The position numbers and the translations under genes are program-made. The notes beneath the pieces are model-generated. The model ran no database searches. It saw only the letters and a list, made by a program, of their open reading frames with translations, and was not told where the DNA came from. Positions 1-8,718 of a stretch of DNA of 64,000 nucleotides are shown one piece after another; within the stretch, counting starts at the first letter, position 1; every line of letters starts with the position of its first letter. Source of the stretch: a virus; IMG/VR virus record IMGVR_UViG_3300025122_000006; one strand, written 5' to 3'.

Positions 1-197
1 AAAGAGTTTTGATTTTTACAACTGTCCTGTTGTTTTGCTCTAATTGGATAGATGGCCTAGAGCAGCCACCCGATTAAGCCGCTAGGGCTTCTTCGAAATA
101 CAAATTATTGTTTGCGTTTAAGTTTTTAGATTTTAAGGCCCTCGCCTATCTTGCACTCTGTTCACACTCCTGATCAGTCGAAATCCCTTACGGGCCC
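1..197 (-). ncRNA. ssrA: tmRNA, 5' part; 3' end lies beyond the window
   Basis: Minus strand reads GGGCCCGTAAGGGATTTCGAC, a tmRNA-type 5' acceptor and D-loop. It later reads TTAAAC-GCA AAC AAT AAT TTG TAT TTC GAA GAA GCC CTA GCG GCT TAA, giving tag ANNNLYFEEALAA* (115..74) with the canonical ALAA end. Confidence 0.92.
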
Positions 198-282
198 ATG
201 ATCTGTTGAATTACTGGATACACGAAATAAATTCCTCCATAATACCCCAATAACATTCCAAATACTCTTGATAAAAAATTTT

Positions 283-1080
283 TCATTGGCGTAACGATGC
301 CGGTTGGAACTCTAAACCAAATTGTGCGGCTTCTTCCACTCCCAGATACTTCCCAAAATAATATTTAATATAAAGATCTTTGGCTGACACGCCATTCGAA
401 GTCATGTAGTCGGGATTTGCTTCAAAATAATCTGCATCTACAGCTACCGTGTACATTTGATACCCCTTGGGGCTCAATTCTTTCGTGTGACTTTTTAATT
501 TAGAGCCGTGATCTGTCGTTGGAGTCAAGTAGTCGCCTAATTCTGCTTTAAAATTTGTAAGATCAACCTTCCCTTTTGTCCCAGATTTTTTTAAACTCTT
601 ATACAATTCCGCAGCTGTTGGTACATCGCCTGCAGCCATGCCAGGAATATCCACCACTCCCGCTGTTTTGTCTGCTGCTACTTTTGCTGCGATGGACCAA
701 GAATCAGGCATTAGTGTATACCATACGCCGTCTATTTCTATTTTTGGATAACTTTGCTCCACGGAAGGGTCATCGCTCCAGTTCCACGCAGTTGGACTCA
801 TTAAAAGTTCCTCAAGTTCAGCAAGTTTTGTTTGGTCCGTATCTAGCTCTTGTAGATTTTGTTGTATTTCAGCCACTGCGGAAGCAATATCGTCAGCTCT
901 CTCGTTTTGAGCAGTCCAGAACATGGCTGCAGCACCAAGTCCGATGCCAATCACAAGATTTCTAAAAGCACTCTCTTCTAGCTTCTCATTATTTTCAAGC
1001 TTCCTAATGGTTTCCAAAAGAACACTTTCAACCTGGCTTTCATTCACAAAGCCGCGCCAATTTTCCATGATCAATTTCAT
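283..1080 (-). CDS. Hypothetical protein with leader variant MKLIMENWRGFVNE and one hydrophobic segment; putative virion cargo
   Basis: ORF with GAGGA RBS; hydrophobic stretch LVIGIGLGAAAMFW; ACTATTTA motif upstream at 1147-1154. Confidence 0.6.
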   Translation of the reverse strand: MKLIMENWRGFVNESQVESVLLETIRKLENNEKLEESAFRNLVIGIGLGAAAMFWTAQNERADDIASAVAEIQQNLQELDTDQTKLAELEELLMSPTAWNWSDDPSVEQSYPKIEIDGVWYTLMPDSWSIAAKVAADKTAGVVDIPGMAAGDVPTAAELYKSLKKSGTKGKVDLTNFKAELGDYLTPTTDHGSKLKSHTKELSPKGYQMYTVAVDADYFEANPDYMTSNGVSAKDLYIKYYFGKYLGVEEAAQFGLEFQPASLRQ

Positions 1081-1097
1081 TTCTTATCCTCATATAT

Positions 1098-1126
1098 AAC
1101 TTAACCCCTTTAGATTTATTTGTCAA
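1098..1126 (-). promoter_or_regulatory. Sigma70-type promoter, weak -10
   Basis: TTGACA-17 nt-TAAGTT on the minus strand. Confidence 0.5.
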
Positions 1127-2040
1127 GTTTTTTCTTCATCATTCTCTAAATAGTTTATAGCCAAAGGTTTATAAACCTGATTTAATAAAATTGTCTTGGT
1201 TGGCCTTTTTATATTGGTATTAACGTTCCCAGCCATAAATTTTTTATATTCTTCCCAGCAACCTATATTCCAATAATCCTTTATTTCAATTTCAGATGCA
1301 GTGCTCGTGTCAAAAGGCGCAAAAACTTTCTCAAGTTCAAAAAATCTCGCCGACCATCTTTCCTCAATTGGAAGAGCCTCATATTCTTTATAATCTACTC
1401 CGGGTTTCCATCTGCCCGTTCCTGTTCTAATAATTTTTCGAAATTCTATGAACTCGTCCTTACCAAAAGTAAAAGATGTGTAGAGGTTGTCTTTCATGTT
1501 TTTCCCTTGCGAAGTTATATAAACATTTTTAGAAGAGGAGATGATCTTCCTATGTTCTCGAAGCTGCCAAGCAGGAAAGTATCCATATGGAAAACTAACG
1601 TAATATTTATTCGGGATAACCCAACGGGAAATCTCATCCGCTATTTTAAAAATAGAAAGGGAGCCGTGTATTACAGACCAGGCAAGACAATCCCTTTTAT
1701 CTCTATCTTTTGGGTGAACAGGGATATAATAAACTGGTATCTGCCTCTTGCTATCATTTGGGAACTTATCAAATTTGCGGTATGCCCAAACAGGATCACC
1801 AACAAAATCTCCTACTTTTTTTCGAACCAGGGGCGAAATATCATTATTACAAATAATCCAAATCGTGTCACAACCAGCCCAAGCGCACTCAGCCACCGCC
1901 GCTTCGAGCAAGGTAAAGTCAGGTGCGATAGGCATCAAGCAATCAGGCCAAAGTTGATCAAAACCCAAAGACTGACCAGCTACAGGAACTATACCTGCTA
2001 AATGGAAGTACTTTGTGTTATCTTCTCTAGTAACTTCCAT
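1123..2040 (-). CDS. Divergent sugar-nucleotidyltransferase-like (GT-A/NTP_transferase fold) protein
   Basis: N-terminal LAGIVPVAGQSLGF...PDCLMPIA...LLEAAVAECAWAGCDTIWII and C-terminal YWNIGCWEEY resemble the NTP-transferase pattern, but the GxGTR/PK catalytic residues are altered. Confidence 0.55.
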   Translation of the reverse strand: MEVTREDNTKYFHLAGIVPVAGQSLGFDQLWPDCLMPIAPDFTLLEAAVAECAWAGCDTIWIICNNDISPLVRKKVGDFVGDPVWAYRKFDKFPNDSKRQIPVYYIPVHPKDRDKRDCLAWSVIHGSLSIFKIADEISRWVIPNKYYVSFPYGYFPAWQLREHRKIISSSKNVYITSQGKNMKDNLYTSFTFGKDEFIEFRKIIRTGTGRWKPGVDYKEYEALPIEERWSARFFELEKVFAPFDTSTASEIEIKDYWNIGCWEEYKKFMAGNVNTNIKRPTKTILLNQVYKPLAINYLENDEEKT

Positions 2041-2795
2041 GTATATCCTTCCATTGTTGGCATATTATAAACATCATTAAAAGAAATTGTTGGTTTAAAA
2101 TGTGGTTTCACAACTCTTTTGTTAAACTCAATAACGGGCGCTATATGTGTTGTCGCGCCTTGAGAATTGTAGCCGGTTACTCTTCCTTTAATGCCGGCTT
2201 TCTTCATCATATTTAATATTTTTAGCCTCGAATAAATAGGAGAAACTTCTAAGTCTTCTATCTCACTATCTCTTAAGAAAGATATCCCAACTATATCTTT
2301 GACATTTTTACTAACCCTAGCTCTTTCGGAAGAATAAAAAATAACTTTCTTAATAAAGTTATCATCTGCATCCTCTATGAACTCTTGTTGGTGGGAACTA
2401 CCCGACCTCCAATCAAAATAATCATAAACATAAAACCAGCCTGTTTCTTCGTCATCAAAAAGATTAATTTGATCGGCCTCTATTAGTATCTTTTGGTTGT
2501 TGTTTGTTACAATCTCTACCTTGTTGTCTTCCATTCTGGCTTTTGAGATATTATTTGGAAACAATAAAAGCCCAGACATGCTTAGTAGAAAACATAATCT
2601 ATCCCATACTTGTTGAGGATTTGCTTGATCAATGCCTAAAAATGAAAAATCATATTTGGAAATTTTATCATCAAATTTAAATGGAGGGCTCGGATCCGTT
2701 AGTATACAGGCTGTTTCTGTTTTAAATGAATGGAGCAGGCAAGTCAAAGTTCTTCCAATATTCAATCTGTTATAATACAAATTTATTTCTTTCAC
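1998..2795 (-). CDS. Hypothetical protein, possibly with a degenerate Rossmann-like N-terminus
   Basis: 265-aa ORF abutting the upstream stop codon; YNRLNIGRTLTCLL is weakly similar to a dinucleotide-binding beta-alpha start. Confidence 0.55.
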   Translation of the reverse strand: MKEINLYYNRLNIGRTLTCLLHSFKTETACILTDPSPPFKFDDKISKYDFSFLGIDQANPQQVWDRLCFLLSMSGLLLFPNNISKARMEDNKVEIVTNNNQKILIEADQINLFDDEETGWFYVYDYFDWRSGSSHQQEFIEDADDNFIKKVIFYSSERARVSKNVKDIVGISFLRDSEIEDLEVSPIYSRLKILNMMKKAGIKGRVTGYNSQGATTHIAPVIEFNKRVVKPHFKPTISFNDVYNMPTMEGYTWKLLEKITQSTSI

Positions 2796-3293
2796 TTATC
2801 CCTCCATAGATTTCTTTAATATCACATAAAACATATCGATACCATCATCGGCTATCCACCAATCCATCATCTGATAGTCTCCAAGATAAGCCACTGGTCT
2901 TTTAAATTTTACATCAGCACGAGGGGCTTTATAGGAATTCAATTCTCCAAAAATCTTCCCAAAAAATTTTTCAAGATATTGCTTATCCTCTTCGGAAATC
3001 TCTTTCAGATATCGATCGACCTTTTCTTGTATAACAAACTCTGCTCCCGCTAAATCAAACCTGATAAGCCATGTATGTGACATTCCGGCTTGAAGCTGTC
3101 CGATTATTTTGTCACCAAGGCCGACCAGGTCATATCCAGCCTTTTCTATCTTCCCCAGGAACACGGTATCTTGTATTGATCTGCTAAAGGCATCGACGAA
3201 TCTTTTTTCAAACCCGCGGTTGCCGTAGGATATCTCAACGGTCTCATCAGTTTCGGAAATAAATTTATTCCATTCTTTTAGTATCTTTTTCAC
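2796..3293 (-). CDS. Hypothetical protein with leader variant (M)KKILKEWNKFISE; putative virion cargo
   Basis: Start moved to GTG at 3293 behind a GAGAGGA RBS; ACTATTTA at 3333-3340. Confidence 0.6.
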   Translation of the reverse strand: MKKILKEWNKFISETDETVEISYGNRGFEKRFVDAFSRSIQDTVFLGKIEKAGYDLVGLGDKIIGQLQAGMSHTWLIRFDLAGAEFVIQEKVDRYLKEISEEDKQYLEKFFGKIFGELNSYKAPRADVKFKRPVAYLGDYQMMDWWIADDGIDMFYVILKKSMEG

Positions 3294-3516
3294 TGTTGGT
3301 AATCCTCTCAAGGAATTCTTCTGGTATATCCATAAATAGTTGACCACAAACTAATATATCATATGCAAAATATTCTGTTTTTTCTGGTAGTGCGTGGAAA
3401 TCATACTCATATAATAACTTTGGTTTAGATGCTATAACACCCACGGATCCAGTTATATATTTAAATAAATCTTGTCCTTGTTCGTTAAATTTAAATAAAT
3501 CTCCCTCCTTAAACAC
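3265..3516 (-). CDS. Hypothetical small protein (KOW/SH3-like start MFKEGDLFKF)
   Basis: AGGAG RBS; overlaps the thyX stop. Confidence 0.55.
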   Translation of the reverse strand: MFKEGDLFKFNEQGQDLFKYITGSVGVIASKPKLLYEYDFHALPEKTEYFAYDILVCGQLFMDIPEEFLERITNSEKDTKRME

Positions 3517-4222
3517 TCCTATGTTTCCTAAAAGCCTTCACAGCGATCGGCCAAAGATCCATTGCAATATCTAAACATGCTAGAGCCACCTCTTGTATCT
3601 CCCACTGGGCTCCTTCATGAGTACGCAAATCAATAAACTTGAGAAGGTTATTCAAATTACACGTTCCATAGTATTCCGTGTACAAGTTCTGTGGTAGAAC
3701 CATCCTGGCCTGTTCGCGACAAATACCCGTCTTCATTAAATGCTTAAACAAAAACTGGCTTCTCTTTACATGGCTTCTGAGTTCTTCTGCACATCTTATT
3801 CCGAAGTCGCTGTTGGACAAATCTGGATACAAAATTGGATTTATCTCATCTTGGTTAGAAGATTGCCTGTTGGACTTATGCTGAGTACGGAATGACATTG
3901 GGCAATAAAAAGCAAGATCTTTATCTGTATATCTTCTGGAAATTTCGTTGTAACTCCAGGTCCTATGTCGCATGTGTTGAGAGCGCACAAAAAGAGGAAC
4001 GATAAACTTAAAGGTAACCACGTTGTGCTCGAACGTGCTCGTGTGTCTGTGTTTAACAAGATAGTTAACAAGTTTCTTATCTCTGTCATCTAGTTCCTCC
4101 TTTTCGACTCCAAATGAAACACGAGCACTGTTCACGATTGTGAGATCAGTGCCCATGTGGTCAATATACTGGACTTTGCCTATATCATCAGAGTATAGGC
4201 TAATTGTTTTTTGATAATCCAT
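3509..4222 (-). CDS. thyX: FAD-dependent thymidylate synthase ThyX
   Basis: Motifs RHRTWSYNEISRRY, HTSTFEH, REQARMVLP and LRTHEGAQWEI. Confidence 0.96.
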   Translation of the reverse strand: MDYQKTISLYSDDIGKVQYIDHMGTDLTIVNSARVSFGVEKEELDDRDKKLVNYLVKHRHTSTFEHNVVTFKFIVPLFVRSQHMRHRTWSYNEISRRYTDKDLAFYCPMSFRTQHKSNRQSSNQDEINPILYPDLSNSDFGIRCAEELRSHVKRSQFLFKHLMKTGICREQARMVLPQNLYTEYYGTCNLNNLLKFIDLRTHEGAQWEIQEVALACLDIAMDLWPIAVKAFRKHRSV

Positions 4223-4902
4223 TATTCCTCCGGGGGCTGATAAGATCTTTCCGCGGAAAATGCTCCGGGCTCTGCACCCATTTGATATTGTGGAGACGGA
4301 TCAAAGAAAGGAATAAAAAACTTTTTTCCACCAATAGCACTAAAATAATCTTGACGCTGTTGCGCAATTTGTCCAGCAACAACAACTTCCCTGTCATCGA
4401 CAGCATAATATTCTTGTGATCCAAATGGCGGATCTTCTGATCCATCAGGCTCTGTTTGATAATAAGTTATTCTAAAATAAGAAGAAGGCTGATCCTCGCG
4501 ATAGCTGCGAATTAATTTTTCTCCGCCAATTACCGCTGCCTGACCAAACTTTTTTCCTAAGTCAATTAAGTCTTGTTTTTTCATATTCAAAACAAAATAA
4601 CTCGTTTCTTCGCCGCCATATTTTCCAGCCAATTCAACATAATCCAGCTTGGCCATATCTAATTTCTTTTTTAAATCAGCCATGCGCTGAGAATTAGAAA
4701 ATTCATCCGCCTCTTCGCCTCTCGGATTTTCTGCTGTCAAAATTCCAAAACGTTGAAGCTCTGTTCTTGGGTTTGGATCTTGTAATCTTTTCAGTACTTC
4801 ATCTAGCGACAAACTTATTTCTTTTTCATGCAACAAAACTGTCACTTCTCTATTTTCTAAAATGATCTTCTTGATCATCGCTTTCAATACTTCCTTATTC
4901 AT
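4222..4902 (-). CDS. DUF3293-like protein with leader MNKEVLKAMIKKIILE; putative virion cargo
   Basis: FGILTAENPRG...N..RMADLKKKL...GKYGGEETSYFV...LGKKFGQAAVI pattern; GGGAGG RBS before ATG 4902; ACTAATTA at 4941-4948. Confidence 0.6.
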   Translation of the reverse strand: MNKEVLKAMIKKIILENREVTVLLHEKEISLSLDEVLKRLQDPNPRTELQRFGILTAENPRGEEADEFSNSQRMADLKKKLDMAKLDYVELAGKYGGEETSYFVLNMKKQDLIDLGKKFGQAAVIGGEKLIRSYREDQPSSYFRITYYQTEPDGSEDPPFGSQEYYAVDDREVVVAGQIAQQRQDYFSAIGGKKFFIPFFDPSPQYQMGAEPGAFSAERSYQPPEE

Positions 4903-5170
4903 CCTGTAACCTCCCATAAACATAATTCTCCAACACTAGGTAATTAGTTGCCCCCATTGCTTTTATCTCCTGGATCATTCTCCTTTCAACGACAATCCTG
5001 TTCCCAACATCTAACGGTATTTTGCAATCAGAAGCAATGCCGAGAATATCACATACGACATACGGAGATTCTGGTGCGGTATACTCATCTGGTAAAACAA
5101 ATTTAACCTTCTCTTTTTCGTCATCTATCGGGAAAATAAGGAGATGTCTGTTGTGTGGCTCAAAATACAT
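4895..5170 (-). CDS. groES: GroES/Cpn10-like co-chaperonin
   Basis: MYFEPHNRHLLIFP...FVLPD...VGNRIVV...YLVLENYVYG matches the Cpn10 layout (PLxDRVLV, ILLP, VGDxV, YLIxxExDIL); about 91 aa; GGAGGA RBS before ATG 5170. Confidence 0.75.
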   Translation of the reverse strand: MYFEPHNRHLLIFPIDDEKEKVKFVLPDEYTAPESPYVVCDILGIASDCKIPLDVGNRIVVERRMIQEIKAMGATNYLVLENYVYGRLQDE

Positions 5171-5209
5171 TTTTCCTCCATCGTAAATGTAACAGGTTCC
5201 TTTTAACAT

Positions 5210-5238
5210 ATTATAACACACCAAAAGGCGGTTGTCAA
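5210..5238 (-). promoter_or_regulatory. Consensus sigma70 promoter for groES
   Basis: TTGACA-17 nt-TATAAT with TG extended -10. Confidence 0.85.
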
Positions 5239-5245
5239 GCAATTA

Positions 5246-5431
5246 TTAATGAGAATTTTTCTTCTGTTGGATTTCAAGTCTTAAAACCTGAAGTTCTTTA
5301 ATCGCAACTAGGGCGGCTTTTCTGGCGCGAGGAGCGGAGGCTTTGTAACCATAGGTTCCTGCCTCAACTTTGTCGACGTCAGCCAATATAGACTTTAATT
5401 CCTTTATAATTAGTTCCATTCTTTCTCTCAT
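5246..5431 (-). CDS. Histone H1-like (Hc1-family) small basic protein
   Basis: 61 aa; DVDKVEAG...KASAPRARKAAL.AIKELQVLR resembles the Hc1 core (GNKAAGTRARKASLEL). Confidence 0.6.
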   Translation of the reverse strand: MRERMELIIKELKSILADVDKVEAGTYGYKASAPRARKAALVAIKELQVLRLEIQQKKNSH

Positions 5432-5440
5432 AATTTTCTC

Positions 5441-7294
5441 CTAAAAAATTTCACAAGATCCACCGGCACATGCTAATTCGCCTGACAAATTTGTTTCATC
5501 TTGCTCTTCTATAATTAGATCCAAATCAATACTTTCCATAGAAGTTAATAGATTTTCATACTCTTCCCGAGTGCAGTCCTCAAAAGGAGGCTGAACATAT
5601 GTGTGATTTGTATACGGTAAGACAGATAAGCCGTTATAGCATTTTCTATTCAACCACATCCACTCACCAACAGATTCCCATTCATCCGTTTTGATAGTAA
5701 TAGTGGCTGAAACATTATGAGTATTATGGCCGCTTTGGTGGCCTCCCTTGATCCAAGTATCGCTAACCTTCTTCACCCTATTGAGTAAATCCAAAGCGCT
5801 TTCATGACGCGTTATGGAGCCCTCTGGAGCTTTTTGAGGTACGCCGATGATTGCTGTATCATGCGGCCTGAGTATATCATCTTCGACTAACTGTGGAATG
5901 TTGTTTATGAGATAATTATAAATTGCTTCATTTTTTCCTACACGGATTCTTCTGATATAATAATCATTATGCCATGCATGAATACCAGAAGAAGTGCCCA
6001 AACTTAAAGAAGTTGTTCCGGCCGGCTTAACGCAGGTCGACCGTGCGGCTCGTCTGATTCCAATTTGGTAAGCTACTCTTCTGTTTTCTCTTTTAACTAT
6101 TAAAGATGCCGCTATCATGTCTAAATTCAAAACTCCGCCCGAGGCAATTCCTGTCATTGATACACCTATAAGCGCATCTTTCTCCGTATTACGCTTCCAA
6201 ATAGGCCGAAGGTAATGGAAATCAGTATATGAAGCTTGAAGTGTGCCAATAAAAGTAGCAGCGCGCACCCTATTTTCAAACTCATCTTGGTCGCTGACAT
6301 CGCTTACATTTACCTCCGTAAGATTACAAAATTGATAAGGCCTCAAACCTATTTCACAGCAGGGATTGGTTCCCCAATCTTTGTCGTTTGAAAAATAAAA
6401 TCCGGGCTCTCCTGAGTTCGATGCCTTGACGCGATCCCATATTCTCATAAAAGTAGACCGATCAATACGATGCCGCATGAGTACTACAGAGTTGTTTGCA
6501 CGACCTCGTTGTGGATTGAGTTCCCACCAGTTTCCCGTCTTCGCAGCGAGCATTTCTTCATCGTCAGCAGAGAACAAAGAAATAAGAGCAGCCCTTCGAA
6601 TACCTCCAGCCAAAACTGCATCCGCAATATGGCAGATGATATCATGAACTTCAATGGGAGCGAGTTGATCTCCATTTTCTTTTCCCTCCAGGACGCCCTC
6701 AATCTTTACTAGGCACTCCTTAAGAGGCTGTGCTCCAGGGGCTTTGCCGCCAGAGGTAACTAGTCTTGCGCCCTTTGGGCGAATATCAGAAAAATCAAAT
6801 CTTAATTTTGAAGTTCCCTTAAAGTAGGAAGCAACCAAAGCTTTAACAGCATCAGACCATCCTTCTATTGAATCTCCGATAAGAAATCTTCTACTCCTCG
6901 TCGAGGGCTTTCTAATTTCTAATAGTTTTTCAACATGATGTTTTTGAACGGAAAACCCCACGCCTGTGCCTCCGAGCAACAAAAACATTATTTCACTAAA
7001 TACATGATAATTATCAACAGGAGCGTAAGCACAATTAAAAATACGATTTGGAGACACTTCAATTGGCTTACCTCCGAACTGCATTGATCTCATCGAAGGC
7101 AATACTTTTTTAGTATATACATATTTGTAAGCATTTTTTATCTCTCTTCCGAGCGAGGGGAACTTTTTAATGTGCATCTTCATGTTCCGAGTTACCAGTT
7201 CTTCCCAATTTTCTCGACGATTTTTATCATCAAGGTATCTTGCATATTTCATATGGATGGTTACATCCGATAAAATTTTTTTTTCTAAATCCAT
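5441..7294 (-). CDS. nrdJ: Class II (adenosylcobalamin-dependent) ribonucleotide reductase
   Basis: Motifs FNCAY, GGTGVG, TNPCCEI, CNLTEV and VKPAGTTS, plus C-terminal CAGGSC; no beta-subunit gene adjacent. Confidence 0.92.
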   Translation of the reverse strand: MDLEKKILSDVTIHMKYARYLDDKNRRENWEELVTRNMKMHIKKFPSLGREIKNAYKYVYTKKVLPSMRSMQFGGKPIEVSPNRIFNCAYAPVDNYHVFSEIMFLLLGGTGVGFSVQKHHVEKLLEIRKPSTRSRRFLIGDSIEGWSDAVKALVASYFKGTSKLRFDFSDIRPKGARLVTSGGKAPGAQPLKECLVKIEGVLEGKENGDQLAPIEVHDIICHIADAVLAGGIRRAALISLFSADDEEMLAAKTGNWWELNPQRGRANNSVVLMRHRIDRSTFMRIWDRVKASNSGEPGFYFSNDKDWGTNPCCEIGLRPYQFCNLTEVNVSDVSDQDEFENRVRAATFIGTLQASYTDFHYLRPIWKRNTEKDALIGVSMTGIASGGVLNLDMIAASLIVKRENRRVAYQIGIRRAARSTCVKPAGTTSLSLGTSSGIHAWHNDYYIRRIRVGKNEAIYNYLINNIPQLVEDDILRPHDTAIIGVPQKAPEGSITRHESALDLLNRVKKVSDTWIKGGHQSGHNTHNVSATITIKTDEWESVGEWMWLNRKCYNGLSVLPYTNHTYVQPPFEDCTREEYENLLTSMESIDLDLIIEEQDETNLSGELACAGGSCEIF

Positions 7295-7304
7295 TCGCGT
7301 TCTC

Positions 7305-8660
7305 CTATTTGGCTGATATTTCTTGATATTTCTTTTTCAAGTAAGACAAAGCCTCCGCTGTTGATTGCATGGTATCAACATCTTCATTTCTGTCTAGAAT
7401 TTTAATTGTGACATCCGACCAGTCTACAAAGGTTTGGTATACCATACCATCTGGTCCGTTCCTATTTTTGGCAACAAAGATCCGACCTTTGTTGGCTTGC
7501 TTATCTTGTATTGTTCTAGATAAAGAAAAAATGAAATCTGCTACAAAGCATTTATTAAATGCCTCCGAGATTGCCTCCATTGTTATAACCTCTGCATTGA
7601 GACCACCTCGATTTGTTTGAGAGGCAGTCCAAACGGGAATCTCATGTATCTGAGCGATCGCTCTAAGGTTTTCATAAATTTCTTCTAGTTCATGGCGCTT
7701 CTCTCTGTCAGACCTAGTTGGTCTAAGCAAATCAGCGTAGTCAACATAAATTACATCTGGCTCTATTCCTCTTTTTTTCAATTTTTCAATGTGATTTTTG
7801 ATTGTTTGTACAGAGGCAGATTTTGTGGGATATTCTTTGATGATCAGAGAGCCATCTATATCTTGAATTTTTTCTAAAATTTCTTCTTTTCTTTGTACAT
7901 GTTCATTGAGAGAAATACCTGTTAAGCAGGCATCAAAGCGACTACCGACAACGGTATCCTTAAGCTCCAAGGTATAATACACAACAGTCTTTCCTAGCTT
8001 CAAGGCCTGGCAAGCAAGGTGAACCATTATCATAGATTTTCCTGCGCCTGTTGGAGCTATAACAACACCTAGCTCATTATTGCCCAGGCCGCCCTTGCAA
8101 ATTTCATCCATGCGATCCCAACCAGTTGTAATGGGATTACGATTTATAATCTCAAATCTTGCTAAAGCATCTTTGTGATACTCATGGCCAAAGTTATTAT
8201 CTGTGCCGAGTTTTAATGCACCCTGTATTACTTTTTCAATTTCATCAAACGATGAAGATTTAAGTAATTTGACGGATTTTATCATAGCCTGCTTTAAAAC
8301 CTGCTTACGACAAAAATCAATAGCTTTGTCTTTAACCCATGCGGCTTCTTCAATACCATCGGACGCGTGTATTCTAGCGAAAAAATCTCGAACCTGTTTT
8401 GCGGTTGCTTTATCGTGATGATTAAGTTCTGTCCGCAATAGCGTCATCATTACTCCATGATTTGGATGAGCAGAGTATTTTTCTCTATATTTCATCAGTG
8501 TCTCTATAAATATTTGTAAATATTTTTTTTCAAAGAAATTTATATCCAAAACTTCTGATATTTGATCATAAAAAGGCCTATCCTCGAGCATGAGTTGGCA
8601 CATATTTTCTTGGAATTTTTTTCCAAAACGAGAAAAAGTTTCGTAGTTATTGTTAATCAT
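7305..8660 (-). CDS. dnaB: DnaB/gp41-like replicative helicase
   Basis: Walker A APTGAGKS, YYTLE, YVDYADLL, WTASQTNR and AKNRNGPDG. Confidence 0.93.
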   Translation of the reverse strand: MINNNYETFSRFGKKFQENMCQLMLEDRPFYDQISEVLDINFFEKKYLQIFIETLMKYREKYSAHPNHGVMMTLLRTELNHHDKATAKQVRDFFARIHASDGIEEAAWVKDKAIDFCRKQVLKQAMIKSVKLLKSSSFDEIEKVIQGALKLGTDNNFGHEYHKDALARFEIINRNPITTGWDRMDEICKGGLGNNELGVVIAPTGAGKSMIMVHLACQALKLGKTVVYYTLELKDTVVGSRFDACLTGISLNEHVQRKEEILEKIQDIDGSLIIKEYPTKSASVQTIKNHIEKLKKRGIEPDVIYVDYADLLRPTRSDREKRHELEEIYENLRAIAQIHEIPVWTASQTNRGGLNAEVITMEAISEAFNKCFVADFIFSLSRTIQDKQANKGRIFVAKNRNGPDGMVYQTFVDWSDVTIKILDRNEDVDTMQSTAEALSYLKKKYQEISAK

Positions 8661-8681
8661 TTGTCCTCCGGTATGTTAATA

Positions 8682-8709
8682 AATATAACATGATTATTTG
8701 ATTTGTCCA
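8682..8709 (-). promoter_or_regulatory. Sigma70-type promoter for the helicase
   Basis: TGGACA-16 nt-TATATT, followed by a GGAGGACAA RBS. Confidence 0.55.
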
Positions 8710-8718
8710 AAAGAACTC

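Noticed and set aside
5441-8660. Inteins or introns in RNR, helicase, RecA or terminase
   Set aside because: Lengths are normal, motifs are contiguous, and there are no intein or homing-endonuclease signatures.
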